Shown here piece after piece: positions 13,148 to 26,313 of a stretch of DNA of 64,000 nucleotides. The number at the start of each line of letters is the position of its first letter. Within the stretch, counting starts at the first letter, position 1. The notes under the pieces are model-generated. The model had not been told where the DNA came from, did not search any database, and was given only the letters and a program-made list of their open reading frames with translations. This stretch comes from Podarcis tiliguerta (lineage: Eukaryota): the NCBI GenBank assembly GCA_965153285.1, contig OZ229114.1; one strand, written 5' to 3'. The position numbers were made by a program, and so were the translations under genes.

Positions 13148-13954
13148 GTGAGTGATTTGATTCATGGCCAACAATGCAGGGACCTATGAAGTCTTTCTCA
13201 TACCAGAGACATCAAACCCATCTCTCAGGTTCAATCACTGCACAGCAATGAAAAGCTCTGCAGAGGTGGCTTCTTTGCCCATGATGGTGCAGTAATAGAA
13301 AAATCCATGCTTACCCCAGGCATACATCTATGAAAGGCACAGTAGCTGCTCTTCATGTCATATGAAGCAGTATACTATCTAAACTGACTGTATGTGCCCT
13401 GATTTCTAGCTGTATGATGTCCAGAGTGCCAGGGTGCTAGGCAGACCAGGTTCTGGCATTTGAAGGTCCCTGAGTATTCCATGACATTTTAGACTTAAGT
13501 TGGTAAAATTGTCAGGACAATCAAAGCAAAGTGTCCATGCCTCATTGTTGACCCTCCTATAAGATCTCCTTTGCCACTTCCCTTCCCTATGTTCCAGTAC
13601 TATTTCACCACTTTCCTGTCAAATTCTTAAGGCATTGGCGGAAGTTTTCATTGGCTGTCCCTTTCAAACACCCAAACCTTTCCTTATTAACAGTTGCTAT
13701 ATAGACTCTTATTCCATCTAAAGAGGAAGAAGCCTTGAGCAACCATGACTTGTATGAGAAAGAGGACATTGCACAGATTGGCCATTGCTTCTGCACCAGC
13801 CTTTGATACAAAACTGGGACAACTGGCAAACACCCCAGAAACAATCTTAATAAACCTCAGAGCTTAGCACACAGCAACATGGTGAAAACTGACCAAGTAA
13901 AATGCAAACAAAGAAGACTCAAGTGTGCAAATATCATATCCCTGTCATTGGAGC

Positions 13955-15050
13955 CCCAGGTAACCTCAGTGGCTAGAAGCACTTTTTACCAGCTGTGACT
14001 GACGACACAGCTACAATCATTTCTGGACCAGCAGAGTTTGATCACATTAGTTCAGCCATTGATGGCTTCAATATTGGATTGCTGCAATGCACTCTTTGTT
14101 GGGCTTCTCTTCCTACAGAAGCTACAGTTAGTGCAGAATGCTGCAGCACAGTTGCTGAAAGGAGTGATACCCTGTCAATATATAACACCTCTGCTCAGAT
14201 ATCTGCACAGGTTATTGCTATTGGTCCAAGTTCACGGTGTTACCATTAGTATATAATAGTATATCATTAGTAAAGGTAAAGGGACCCCTGACCATTAAAT
14301 CCAGTCGTGACCGACTCTGGGGTTGCGACGCTAATCTCGCTTTATTGGCCGAGGGAGCCAATACAGCTTCCTGGTCATGTGGCCGGCATGACTAAGCCGC
14401 TTCTGGCGAACCAGAGCAGTGCACGGAACCGCCGTTTACCTTCCCACCAGAGTGGTACCTATTTATCTACTTGCACTTTGACGTGCTTTCGAACTGCTAG
14501 GTTGGCAGGAGCAGGGACCAAGCAATGGGAGCTCACCCTGTCGTGGGGATTCGAACTGCCGACCTTCTGATCGGCAAGTCCTAGGCTCTGTGGTTTAACC
14601 CACAGCGCCACCCACGGCCCTAGTATATCATTAGTATATTGTTAATATATAAAACCATTAGCAGCTTGGGACCAGTTTACTTAAGGGTCTTCCTTACCCC
14701 ATATATGCCCTTTTGACCAGTTTGATCTGCAGAACTAGCACTGTTGCAGATGCCACATAAGACTCATTCCACACAAGTCAGCATACATTTTGGAATTCCC
14801 TGTCTATTGACACCAGGCAGTACTATTTTCTGCTTTTGTTTTAAACATTTTTGTTTAGGCGGGCCTAAAGTTACACGTGCTTGATTTCATTTTAGCTACT
14901 GTTGATTTAAATCATTTTAAAAATAATATTAAATACCTGGCTTAAATTGTTTTTACTGATAATATATATAATGCTATATTTTCTGTTTTTCTAAACGGCT
15001 GAGGTTTTTTTTTAAAAAAAAACAACAATCAAGCAGTATATAAATTTTGT
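13955..15050 (+). mobile_element. Degraded L2-clade LINE 3' portion, interrupted by a Sauria SINE
   Basis: ORF 14038-14256 gives LDCCNALFVGL..KLQLVQNAAAQLL..ITPLLRYLH, typical of the L2 ORF2 C-terminus (LDYCN/QNAAAR/HITP.L..LHWL); homology resumes after 14636. Confidence 0.8.
14273..14620 (-). mobile_element. Sauria SINE, full length
   Basis: Minus-strand head GGG.CG.GGGTGGCGCTGTGGGTTAAACC, (ACCTTT)n tail; perfect 16-bp TSD TAGTATATCATTAGTA (14257-14272; 14621-14636). Confidence 0.93.
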
Positions 15051-15169
15051 TAAATACATAAAAATAGAAAGGGGGCATATGTGGAGTTGCAGCAAAATAA
15101 TGTAATATTGGCAGCAGCATTAGCTGTAATTCTGAGGAAGAAAGCATGCTGCCACATCTTCTAGGTAGC

Positions 15170-15325
15170 AAAGCTGATGAACAAATTGGAAACATTTCTG
15201 GGGCAACCCACAAAGATGGCAAATAGGCTAGAAGGCAAATTCTACAAGGAAAGGCCAAAAGAACTGGGTTTATTTAGCTTTAAAGACATGTGTGTGGAGA
15301 GGGTATGGTGAAAATTTTAAATCTG
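15170..15325 (+). mobile_element. CR1 LINE ORF2 3' fragment (degraded)
   Basis: acaaattggaa...caaagatg...ggctagaag...tacaaggaaaggc.aaaagaactgggtttatttagc resembles CR1 KLE..Q.RATKM..GLE...YEERLKELGLFS. Confidence 0.55.
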
Positions 15326-15360
15326 GTTACCGTGTGATCCTGTTCATGCTTAGTCTGAGG

Positions 15361-15751
15361 CAGGGGTAAAGGAGAAATTTGTTGCAGTTTTCATTTAAAA
15401 GTGAATTTGTCAAATTTGAACTTTCTGAAACAACATGCAAATGGAAACAACACTCATCTGAATTTTTTGATGCAAGTTCTCCAACTATATAATGCATACA
15501 TTAGGGGAAAGTGTGCATAAACATGAAATTATTAGCAAAAACAATGTACAGAAATTCATTACAGTGGGGAAGATTGCAAAATGTGTGCATTAGTCAAAAC
15601 TGAATATAAAAATGTATTGGGAGAAATTTGCACTAAGATGCTGATGAATTTTCATGAGAAGTTTTAAAAAAAGAAAAGAATTCACAATGTGGAGAACTGA
15701 ATTTAAGATTGGAAAAATGAAAACTGATGTTGACAGATCCTTCCATCCCTA
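15361..15751. mobile_element. Non-autonomous DNA transposon (hAT-like); related pieces at ~1240-1350 and ~34477-34755
   Basis: CAGGG...CATCCCTA termini; shared motif aatttaagattgg.aaaatga.aaactga in two copies. Confidence 0.5.
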
Positions 15752-16954
15752 TTTTGAACCTGGGACACTCTCCATATAAGGCACATGTTCTGCCACTGAG
15801 CTATGGCCATTCCACACAGTAGCCGTTTTCTCTGGATCTGACATAATTTATGCATTCACTCATTTATTATGGAGAATACAGGCGATGCCATTGCTGAATT
15901 GTGACACTCAAGCATTTTCCCTGTTGCTCTTTCATCACTTTAAAGACTTGGTGTTGATTTCTCTAACTTTGTGTGAAATTGTGCCACTGTCCTCTCTACT
16001 GTGGAGCAGGAAAGTACTATTTATTCATATGGCCTGCCCTTTCCCTCAGAGTGTTATCACATCCAATTGCTCTTCCCAGGTAACTGTGGGAAATTATAGC
16101 TCTGTGAGAGGATTAGTGGTCTCCTAATGGTTCTCAGCACCCTAAACCAACTACAGCCCCCAGAATTCTCTGGTGGAAACCATGTCTGTTTCAAGTGGTA
16201 TCATAGTGCTTTAAATGTCCAATGTGAATGTGGTCTTGGACTGTCGACCCTTGGGTTTTTCTTTTTCTTAAAAAGACCGACTATCTACATGTTCAAAGCA
16301 AACTGATTCCCTGTGTCTGCCCAGCCAGAATTGTGAATCAGGTTTCCCTGAAATGAACACTAACACAATATTGTACCTGAAATCTTGCTGCGTTTGGGGA
16401 AGGAGAGATGCTTTGGGAACTTGGGGTATTTCGTTCCTTTAGTACTGCTGAGCTAGTTGGCTGCAGGGCAGAGAGAAGAATCAGAGACGGACATGTGGTC
16501 AGGTGCAAGGGAATTTCCACAGATGGGACAGCCAGCCCCACTTGATGAAGTGTTAATTAGGCTATTCAGGGAACCAGAGCTGCTCAGAACAGTCTGTATC
16601 TGTTCCCTACTTTGTGGGGTGGAGGGTCAGGAGTTGTAGCATTTCTCAGAGTTCCCAAAGAATCAGTGGAGTTGTTAGCAGGGAGACTGAGATGACCTCA
16701 GCCTCGGTTCAGCCCCTGTGTGGAACTTGGTTCCTAAACGATGGATGATATTTGGTGAGTAGACTGTGATGTTATATTTTCCTCTCCAGAAATATCAGAT
16801 AAAAAATTATTTCCCTTCTCAGAAGTGCAATGGTTGCCTTCTGGCATCCTTGTATATAGGAAACTGGTGTCACTCTTTCACTGTGTGCAGCCTTCCTAGG
16901 TGTGAATCCAAGATAGAGGATACTAGTTTTCTCTGAAACTATTGCTTTTAAGCT

Positions 16955-17313
16955 TTGTTGTTTAGTCGTGTCCAACTCTTCATGACCCCATGGACCAGAG
17001 CACGCCAGGCACTCCTGTCTTCCACTGCCTCCCGCAGTTTGGTCAGACTAATGCTGGTAGCTTCGAGAACACTGTCCAGCCATCTCATCCTCTGTCATCC
17101 CCTTCTCCTTGTGCCCTCCATCTTTCCCACCATCAGGGTCTTTTCCAGGGAGTCTTCTCTTCTCATGAGGTGGCCAAAGTATTGGAGTCTCAGCTTCAGG
17201 ATCTGTCCTTCCACTGAGCACTCAGGGCTGATTTCCTTAAGAATGGAGAGGTTTGATCTTCTTGCAGTCCATGGACTCTTGCAGTTCAAGAGTCTCCTCC
17301 AGCACCATAATTC
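16955..17313 (-). mobile_element. BovB/RTE LINE, 5'-truncated 3' end
   Basis: Minus-strand translation PWTARRSNLSILKEISPECSVEGQILKLRLQYFGHLMRREDSLEKTLMVGKMEGTRRRG is diagnostic of BovB ORF; (CAA)n tail; candidate TSD TTAAGCT (16948-16954; 17318-17324). Confidence 0.92.
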
Positions 17314-19214
17314 ATAATTAAGCTAAAACCTCATAATTATATTTCCTTCTCTTACACTGAAGGCCACATGGCCCTTTCTCTCCAGCTTTCTGGTCTCTAA
17401 ATTATACTTCTACTACTATTACTATTAGTAGTAATAGTAGTTGTTGCAGTATTTACATTTATATCCCACCTTTTGAGATGGCAGTATGAATATAAACTCA
17501 GCTGGGCAGAGGGAAAGAGAGGGGAAGCATTGGAAGCAGAGCTGAAAGATGTCTTAATAAAGTACAGTACATGCTTTCCTCACTCAAAGTGAGCCTGGAT
17601 TCTAGTCTGCATTTGCACTGCTTTTGACAGAAGGCTTTATCAGTGAATCAAATATGGACTGAATCCAATATGGACTGAGTCATCTATCATGCCCTTTCCC
17701 CCAACTTCTGGCAATGACCAGTGTGTGTGTGTGGGGGGGGGAGTTTGCATGTTTAAACCATCAAAACTTCATGTATGCCACCCCCCCCCTTTTGGGTGTG
17801 TGTGTGTGAAGGGGTGGGAAATCTGCTAAAGTGCTCCAAGGAGGGAGGGGGGATCTGTGATGTCAGAAGATAGCAGCCAATCTGTGTTGTGAAAAGCTGG
17901 CAATTGCTTCAAACTAGCAAAACTGGTTTTCCTGGACCACAGCCCTGGAGAGGGTTAGGTACGTGTGACGAGAACTTGATGAGTGTGTTTCCAGAGTGCA
18001 TCAGTTCCTCTTTTTATGTAAATCCATACACATTCTTTAAAGTGGAGTTATGCCTCAGTTGTCTCACTGAGGCCAAGTGTTCATCGTATATGTATTTTGG
18101 CATTTTTGTACTCTTTAGTACTCTCCATTTTGACTGGAATACTTAGCACCTGAATAAAAATTTAAACCAGGCTTTGTGAATGAGATTCTTTAAAAATTCA
18201 CAGACCCCATATCTTAAGGGAGGAGGCATAGAAAGACATTACACCATATCCCCCCCCCCTTTGTAAAATAAGATGTGTTCCAGATTTTTCTGCTTTCTTT
18301 GTGTGAGAGGGTTGTGTTTTTTCTGGTAAGGTGAACATAATTTTTTTTCTCCAATGGTTAAAAAATACATGGAAGAATTATGTAAATGATTATTTTGTTT
18401 TTATTTAAGTATTCAATAATTCCTCTGCCTCTGCTTAGCAAAATATATAAATTTATGAGGCAAAATATTGAGTTTGTTGTCACATAATCTGCTGACTTCC
18501 TAGCTGTGAGTCTGACCATATGACCAAAAAACCCTTTGAAGTACCTGGACCAAACACTGGGCCTCCCCAGCAACGGAAACCAGAGTAGTAAAAACACTTT
18601 CAAAGTGTGAAACTGTGTGGAAATGTATTACGAGGCTCTCTTATGCCATAGATATTTGGTCATGTAGTACAGATGTACATGTAGAAAAACTGGATTTAAT
18701 ATGGGAATAAATATTGGGTAGTCTTCAACTAGCTGTTACTCAGAGTAGACCCATTGAAATTAATGAACCTAACTTAGTCACATTCATTAATTTCAATTAA
18801 TTTCTAGTGAGCAAAAGTTAAAAGTTAAGCAAAAGTTACTACCCACTATGTAGCTCTGAAATAAATGAGTCATCTGTGGAGTGGTAGCAGAACATCATCT
18901 ATGTATGCTTTCACCATATTACTGTGAATGCCATTGTTACACATGGTATAACATATGAAGCAGCCCTTAGATTCCCATCCAATGACTGACTGTCACTGTA
19001 GATATACAAGTAGGGAAATGGTCTAGGACTTGAGGACCATTCCTTCCCAACTTGCTTGTTCATAACCCACTTACCTGATGCCTAAACTGCACACTCTGTG
19101 CTCTTCAAAGTAGATATATGACACACAGGGAGAGAAAACAGATGTGGGTCAGGGGAGAAAGTCACACATCAAAGAAAAACCATCACGTGCCAAAGAAATC
19201 TCATGAGGATGTAC

Positions 19215-19670
19215 CAATTATCTCGAGTCTTCATGGAAGAAAGAAGATGTCTCAGAAGAATGGAGAAGGACAGATATATAATGGCTATATTTAAGAAGCA
19301 AGAAAGGAGAAATTGAGGAGTTATAGGCCCATTAGTCTGACTTTTATACCCTGGAAGTTATTAGAATGGGTTATAAATCAATCTGTTTTAAGCACCTATG
19401 GGAAAACAGGGTAATTGCTAGTAGCTGGCATAGATTTATGAAGACGACAACAGGGAAAGCCAACCTAGCAGACTTTTGGCAGGGATCTGCTCTATTAGAT
19501 CAGGCTAGAACAGTAGGCATTGTATTTTAGCAAGGCTTTTGATGTCATTTCACATATGCAAAATGGAAATACAAGTAGAAGGAAATATCATCAGGTGGGA
19601 ATACAAGTTGTTAAACAGTTGAACATTCAGAGTAGATTAATTATTTCAACTAGGGATAGGACAGGTGTTC
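19215..19670 (+). mobile_element. Old CR1 LINE reverse-transcriptase fragment
   Basis: Decayed codons for YRPISLT.IPGK.LE..I, (Q)H.F.K and F.KAFD..SH motifs with frameshifts. Confidence 0.75.
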
Positions 19671-20447
19671 CAAGGGAATGTTGTGTATATCCAACAATCC
19701 CATTTTTTACAGATACTCAGCTGTTAGGGTTGTTGCCATGTGGATACCAGAGAGGGAGGTATGGAAAATGTAGATATGCCTTTTGGATCAGCAGATGACA
19801 TCTTGCCTATGAACTTGTGTTATCAAGATCTGGCTGGATGAATCATCTGGTCCAGTGTTTGACCAATTGGTTCCAGCTGGATACTTGATATGGCACCAGC
19901 TTCGCCTTCTGAACATTGTTCCTGCCACTTCTATTTTTCAAAGACTCTTCTAATCTTTGTAAATGAATTATCACCTAGGAGGCTCCCTGTGGGGGTAAGA
20001 AATATCACCAGGTGGGGTAGAGATGAAGGGATCAGGGAGGGGTTGCACATAACGTGATCCCGTCAACATAGGGAAATCATAAATTGAGAAGTGGTCCTCT
20101 AAATATTTCAAAAGCTTGTCTGCTCATGCTGACAAAGACTCGTCCACTAAGAAGTAGATCACCTTTCCTATTTTGCCACACCCCCTACTTCCATTTTGTT
20201 TCCATCAGCATAAAGGAAACAATGCAGCCTGCCCTTTTCCTTGTTGCTATGGGCATGTTCGTGGAATTTTTATTTTTTAAAAAAGCTCTTTTGCACAGAA
20301 CTGCCCTTGCACAAAAGAGCTGTACTGAAAGTAAAAATAAAATTTGCCCTTGTGGGTACAGGAAGTGTGAAAAGAAAAGAGGAGGAAATGAAGTGGTAGC
20401 CTTTTATACCAGCAACTCCAAATCCTTGCCTCACTTGGAGTGACACA

Positions 20448-20459
20448 TTTATTATTATT

Positions 20460-20498
<39 letters not shown>
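20448..20498. repeat. (TTA)n(TTG)n compound microsatellite
   Basis: Directly visible. Confidence 0.95.
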
Positions 20499-22099
20499 CT
20501 TGACTGCTCCTTTGTGCAGATCTCATTTTCTGGTAAGCTTGATATTTCAAAAACGAAATAAAAAAGTGTGCCTGGACAGGTAAACAAGTGCCTGTGTGCA
20601 TACCCACAATGGACCTTAGGTCCACAGCATTCATATATCCAATCAAGGAAAATCCACTAGTGTGGACTGGAAACATGGAGATAGATTTTAAAGTTGAAAG
20701 TGCTCTGGTTTGGATATGAAGGTGCATAAATGTGCACATAGAATGTCTTAGTGTGGACACGATGCTTACCAAATGTGTACTCAGAAGCTTTGCAGGACAG
20801 AGATAGCATGCAAGGCAATCATGATAACTTGGACAGCTGGATGGGCAACAAATGAAATTCAGCAAAAGGAAATGGAAACTATTAACAATCAGAAAAGATG
20901 AAAGAAGTGCTAAATATGCACATATTGGGCAGAGGTATTGCTCTTTTAACAAGATTAGCCATGCAATGGTACTCCAAATTAGGAGAAAGCTAGCCTTGGT
21001 TTCATTAGCACAGACAACCTATCTAAAACAGTGGGAGTAACAGGACCATGGTACTTGGCTCTGCTTTGGCCTCAGTAAAGAACACTGTAGATTGTTTGGG
21101 GCATCAAATATAGTGGGACATAATATAATTCATAGGAGAGCTAAATATGATGGTCTGTATGGAAGAGATAAGAAACCCCCCACAATCCTGACGGCATTAA
21201 CCTTAAGAAAAAGGACATTCCTGTTGAACTATACACACATAGAAATGAATGAAGTCAACCACAAGATGTGAATGATAAATACAGTAGCCTTACCTACCAG
21301 ATTATAGATTTTTTTATAATGTATCATGAAATTATTTGTAGCATATGTACACAATGGTACAGATGGTGTGCACTCTGTTTAAAATCACCGCAACCAAAGA
21401 AATACAAATATAAAATAAAACATGCTCCTCCCCTGGCTTTGAAAGAAAGAGGAAAGAACCACAGGGAGATGAGCTACATATAAATGTTATTAGTTGGGGC
21501 TGAACTTCTCCATGTCTTTAATTTAGTAGCACATATCATTTCACAGGACTACAAATTAACATTTCATTCCATGTGGATGGGCATGGGGAGAACAGAATGT
21601 ATAAATCACCACTAGAGCACACTGACTGCCCATTACTCTGCCCATCTTTGCTATTTATGTACACAGTGAGGAACTGAGAATTACATTAAATGTGCATACT
21701 TTTCTAGATAATGTTGAGACTGCTCAAACAAATAACTATTCTGGCTGCCTTCCTGACAGCAATGAAGGGGATGAGTCAAACATCAGTTCTATGGGTCTCT
21801 AGATCATGGTGAGCCAATGTGGTGCCTTCCAGATGTCATTCAGCTCTCATAACCCCAGCCAGCATGGTCAGTGCTCAGGGATGATGGGAGTTGGAGGGCA
21901 CCATGTTGGCTACCCCTACACTTGATGGTAGAAGAGATGGAGATGCCTGTATTCCAGTTCTCCTATGCTAGCTGAAAAAATCATAGCATCCGAACTATCT
22001 GTGTTGTGAGCATCTTGCACACACAATGAACTTAAGTGGAGCCCTAGAACCTGAAAGACTTTGTTTTTCATATTCTCAACCAAACTGACACACATACTC

Positions 22100-22132
22100 A
22101 CAAACAAACAAACAAACAAACAAACAAACAAA
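22100..22132. repeat. (CAAA)n microsatellite
   Basis: Directly visible. Confidence 0.95.
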
Positions 22133-23221
22133 CTGCTGTCTGTCGTGTGTGTGCGCGTGCGCATAGCATGTTTCAAGTCACAGAGCCACAACATATGATA
22201 CGAGACATGGTATTACCCCCACCCACCCAACGTGTTGCATCTTGCCCTTGTTCTTTTTACATGGCTGTCATGGCTATGGAGAAGATTTGAAAATGTATAC
22301 ACAGAAAAACCAAAGGAGCTTTTGGGGGAAGGGAACATCCTATTGTCTCCCCATATCTTATTACCCCTGTTCCAAATTTCTCCTGATTTTTTGGGGCTTC
22401 TGTTGCCCCAGTTTTTGCTAAACCAAAACACTGCAGTCAGAATAATCATGCAAATTTGAATAAGTCAGTCTCAGCAATGTGTGGTGGTTTCTGCCATGCA
22501 AAACTGGCAAAGTTGCAAGAGGTCTACCAAATTCTGACTTTCCTTATTGTCATGTACAACTTTATGATGTGCTGCTTGCTGCAAACCATACTGCATGCAT
22601 CATAAAGCCTTGGAAATTTGCTATCTAAGATAACATAGCATGGTTTTTGATATGCATGCTGGGTGCGCAACACCAAACTACAAGGAAAGAAATGTTTTTT
22701 GGTTCTTGGAGATGCCGCGAGCACACTTTAAGCTTCCTTGCCTTTCAGAGTTTTTGGGGTGCAGGCACTCTAGGAGATTCATTCTTGGATCCTTCTGATT
22801 GTCCCTATTCCCTAGTGAGTCAGTTCTTGGAGCAACTGCGATACCAAAGGGCTAATCTGAAGCTATTGCAGTAGTATCATAGCACCCTGAGAACCTTCAC
22901 CAACCCCTTCAGAGAGTTTCATTAATGGGTCCAGTTTAGCTAAGGTTCTCCTTTCCAAAAATAATCTTCTTTCCAATCAGAACTGGAGTAAATAAGAGTA
23001 TGGGTTTTGCTATATCCAACTATTTAAATTGACAAAAGCCTACTGATTCAATGTTGATGTGATATTGCATAGCAGAAGAACAGTATGTCATACTTGGACT
23101 TCTTGGGAATGTTAGTGGCCTGTACTGATGTGAGCTGTGAGTACATGTATGTATGTATGTATGTATGTATGTGTGGACCACTCTCATTTCCAGAAACTCA
23201 CATATTTTCTGTATCTCACAG

Positions 23222-23269
23222 GTTCATGAAGGTGGCAGGGAACACAGTGGATGCTGTTACCTGGCAACA
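23222..23269 (+). CDS. HPSE2: Heparanase-2, exon 6, 48 nt
   Basis: atctcacag|G TTC ATG AAG ... TGG CAA CA|gtaggt; FMKVAGNTVDAVTWQ(H); phases fit the flanking exons. Confidence 0.96.
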
Positions 23270-23821
23270 GTAGGTATTTTTCCCTTTCCCTTTCCAATAT
23301 TTCTAAACGTGCATTAATTTGGGCAGAAGTCAAGAACTGAGCCAGACATCGATAGGACACTATCTTTAGACAAAGAACACAGAGAGAGACTTCTAAGACT
23401 ACCTTTCCCATTCTATTTTCTTGAGTTCACTCTGTTGGCTAAGGAGAAACCTTTCTGGTTATATGGACGGGCTAAACTCTTGCAGACAGCAGAACTTTGA
23501 GAAGAATACCAGCTATGTAGCAAGGAATTCTACCACTCATGTTGGTTTTGGTGTCAGAGGCTTCCCTAGTGTGAAGCTCAGGGTAGGCTAAAAATAAATC
23601 CTATAAGATAAGCCTTGCACATTTCAGTATCAATGCAAGAAGATATTCAAAGAAAAGGATGCTGCACACCAGTGCCCTATGTGTGGTAGAGGGATGATGT
23701 CCTCACAGAAACCTACTGTGTGATGAGTATTTCAAAGGGCAGAACTTGTCTGCTAGCACTGTTCTTTCCTCACTAGTGTGAGAAACTGGCAGTCACAGGA
23801 CAAGCTGATTGTGAATATACA

Positions 23822-23930
23822 GGGCTGTTTTCAACTAACTTTTACTCAGAGTAGACCCACTGAAATTAACAGACCTAGTCATAGGCATTAAATCCAACAA
23901 GTCTACTCTGAGTAAAGTGTGGGTTGAGTC
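23822..23930. mobile_element. Small palindromic MITE; similar copy at ~18715-18845
   Basis: tttactcagagtagac...gtctactctgagtaaa inverted repeat; second copy shares ttactcagagtagaccca.tgaaattaa. Confidence 0.6.
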
Positions 23931-26067
23931 ACAGAGAGGTACTTTTATTTACATTTCTGCCTTTTGTGCCATTTACCTTAGCAACCAGGTCTGTCTACTC
24001 TCTGGGGTCATGTGATAGCTTTAGAAAGAAACATGTGCAGAATTTACGTAGCCTAAATGGGATATTGTCCTGGTTTAACCATGTTGCTGAAAACAACCTG
24101 ATCAGGACCAAGAGCCACTTTTAGAAATGATGGGCATAGAATTCTTGCTGTGGCAAAAAATGGGATGTGATCCACAGGCAGTTCTCTTAATGAAGAGTTT
24201 GCTCAGGTTAGTGTGACTGGTGTTCCTGCTGCCTAACAACATAGCCTGAGAGCAAGCATGGATTTAGTGCCAAGTAATGACAGTCCCTTGTCCTTAGAAA
24301 GTTGTTGATGCTCTGTTGTATTTGTTGGCATCTTCAGAATAAAGCTGTGCCAAATTGGTATTGGCTTGTACAGACATTTTTGCCAAAATAAATTTCTGGC
24401 TTTCCAGGATTCCATAGGGTTGATCCACTAGTGGTGCTGAAACTATCCCTTGTTCCAGAGATAGACTGTCAGTAATCTCTAGGCTAGGGGTGTCTAACCG
24501 GTGGCTTTCTGGATGCTGTTGGACTCCAGCTCCCATCAGTCTCAGTCAGCATGGTCAATAGGCCCCACATGAGGAAGAGAGCTCTCTCACTCAAACATTG
24601 TGATTTTGACTGAACAAAGGCAGGATGTGTGTTAGCCTTTCTCTAGTGATTGACAGAAAGTGAAGCTTTATAGAATCAGATAGAAAGAAGGGCCCTCAAA
24701 ACTTGTCAAGATTTACACTTAGGCAAGATATTATATTATGCAAGACCCCTTTATGGTACTTTAATGTCTTCAGCTACACGGAAGCACCATTAGTTTTGCA
24801 TTCTGAAGGAAGTTCTGTGGTGCATGCAAAAGTGTTTCCCAGGTTATAGCCACAGAATTGCACTTACAGAGAACTCTGTGTTATTTGGAATAACATGGGT
24901 TCATGATTCCAGACTATACCTGCTTCATTTGTGTGTGAAACTCCATGATAATCGTGTTGGAAACAATTATGCATACCATATAGCACTCCATTCATTCTTG
25001 GACTCCAGACTCCAGTGAAGCGTCTTTTCTAAATTTACAGAGATTCAGGAGCGCTGCGCTGATCACTCTCCCAGGCACAGTGGCTACACAATGACTATCT
25101 TACCTGTGCATGAGATCTGTTGCTATCACTCATTGAGTGCCGTGGGGTTGATGACAGAACTTTTGCAATGTATTTGTTCATGAATCAGAGCCTTGGTTCA
25201 TATACACTGATGTAAGCACATATGGTATTGTAGCATACCAGTGGAACAAATGAAACATTTGTTGTAAGAATGCATTGAGTATTTTGCTGCAGAAGGATTC
25301 ACTCTACAGGAGATACCCTTAAGACTGAAATGGAGGAAAGGAATTCAAAGTGGAAAATGTGCAATATCCTGTAGTGTGTGTCTACTCATCTGGGTGGTTA
25401 GTGCCCATCTCTCTATCACGAAGGACAAAGCCCATCCATGTGGGTCACACATTCACCCCCCCCCCAATCTAACATGAACTGTGAGAAAATCAGCACTTTT
25501 AGATAGCAGCAATGGCATGAGTTTAATTACAGAATGTTGTACTAATGCTGGGCTTGATTCTTTGCTACTTGTTCCATACCTTGATTCCATGAAATAGATA
25601 GCCTTTTCAGGGGGAAGTTCTGGGAAAACTTCACCCACACACCCTTTCCCCATCAAATAAGCTCCTGCTTTTTCTGGGGAAACTTCATCTGCCCTCCCCT
25701 TTCCCTGTAAAGAGCGCCTGCTGCCATCCTTGCTGTAGTTGCTTTGTAGGGGAAAGGTTAGTTGCTAAAAAAGTAGTGTGTGTACCCCAGCACTGGAGCA
25801 AAACAGCAGGCACAATGAATTTTCACTGAAACTGGACAGCATCGGAGGTGAGGGATATGTTGTAGGGAATCATGTGAATTTGTTTTAGAAGTGATCAAAG
25901 CAGATTGGGAGACAGGCAATTCAAAGGGGTGGGGCTCACAAACACCACCATCCACATCACAGACCAATCGCCCCAGAGTCAGACTTCAAACACTTGCAGA
26001 ATTTCCAGAAGTGGCTAAAATCAAAAGTGTAAGAGTCCGGGATCACACCTGAAAAAAGGAAATAGCT

Positions 26068-26313
26068 TCTGAGAAACAAGCAGAGGGCTTTCTCGGTAGT
26101 GGCGCCCGCTCTGTGGAATGCCCTCCCATCAGATGTCAAAGAAATAAACAACTACCTGACTTTTAGAACACATCTGAAGGCAACCCTGTTTAGGGTAGTT
26201 TTCAATGTTTGATGTTTATCGTGTTTTTAGTATTTTGTTGGGAGCTGCACAGAGTGGCTGGAAAACCCAGGCAGATGGGCGGGTTATATACATAATAATA
26301 TATCATCATCATC
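26068..26313 (+). mobile_element. L2-type LINE 3' end; a reverse tail copy lies at ~58647-58762
   Basis: RAFSVVAPALWNALP...F..HLKA.LF motif followed by 3'UTR (gggagctgc.cagagtggctgg...gatgggcggg.tata) and a short tandem tail. Confidence 0.8.

Noticed and set aside
20270-20952. PolyQ and polyT ORFs
   Set aside because: Translation artefacts of the (TTG)n microsatellite
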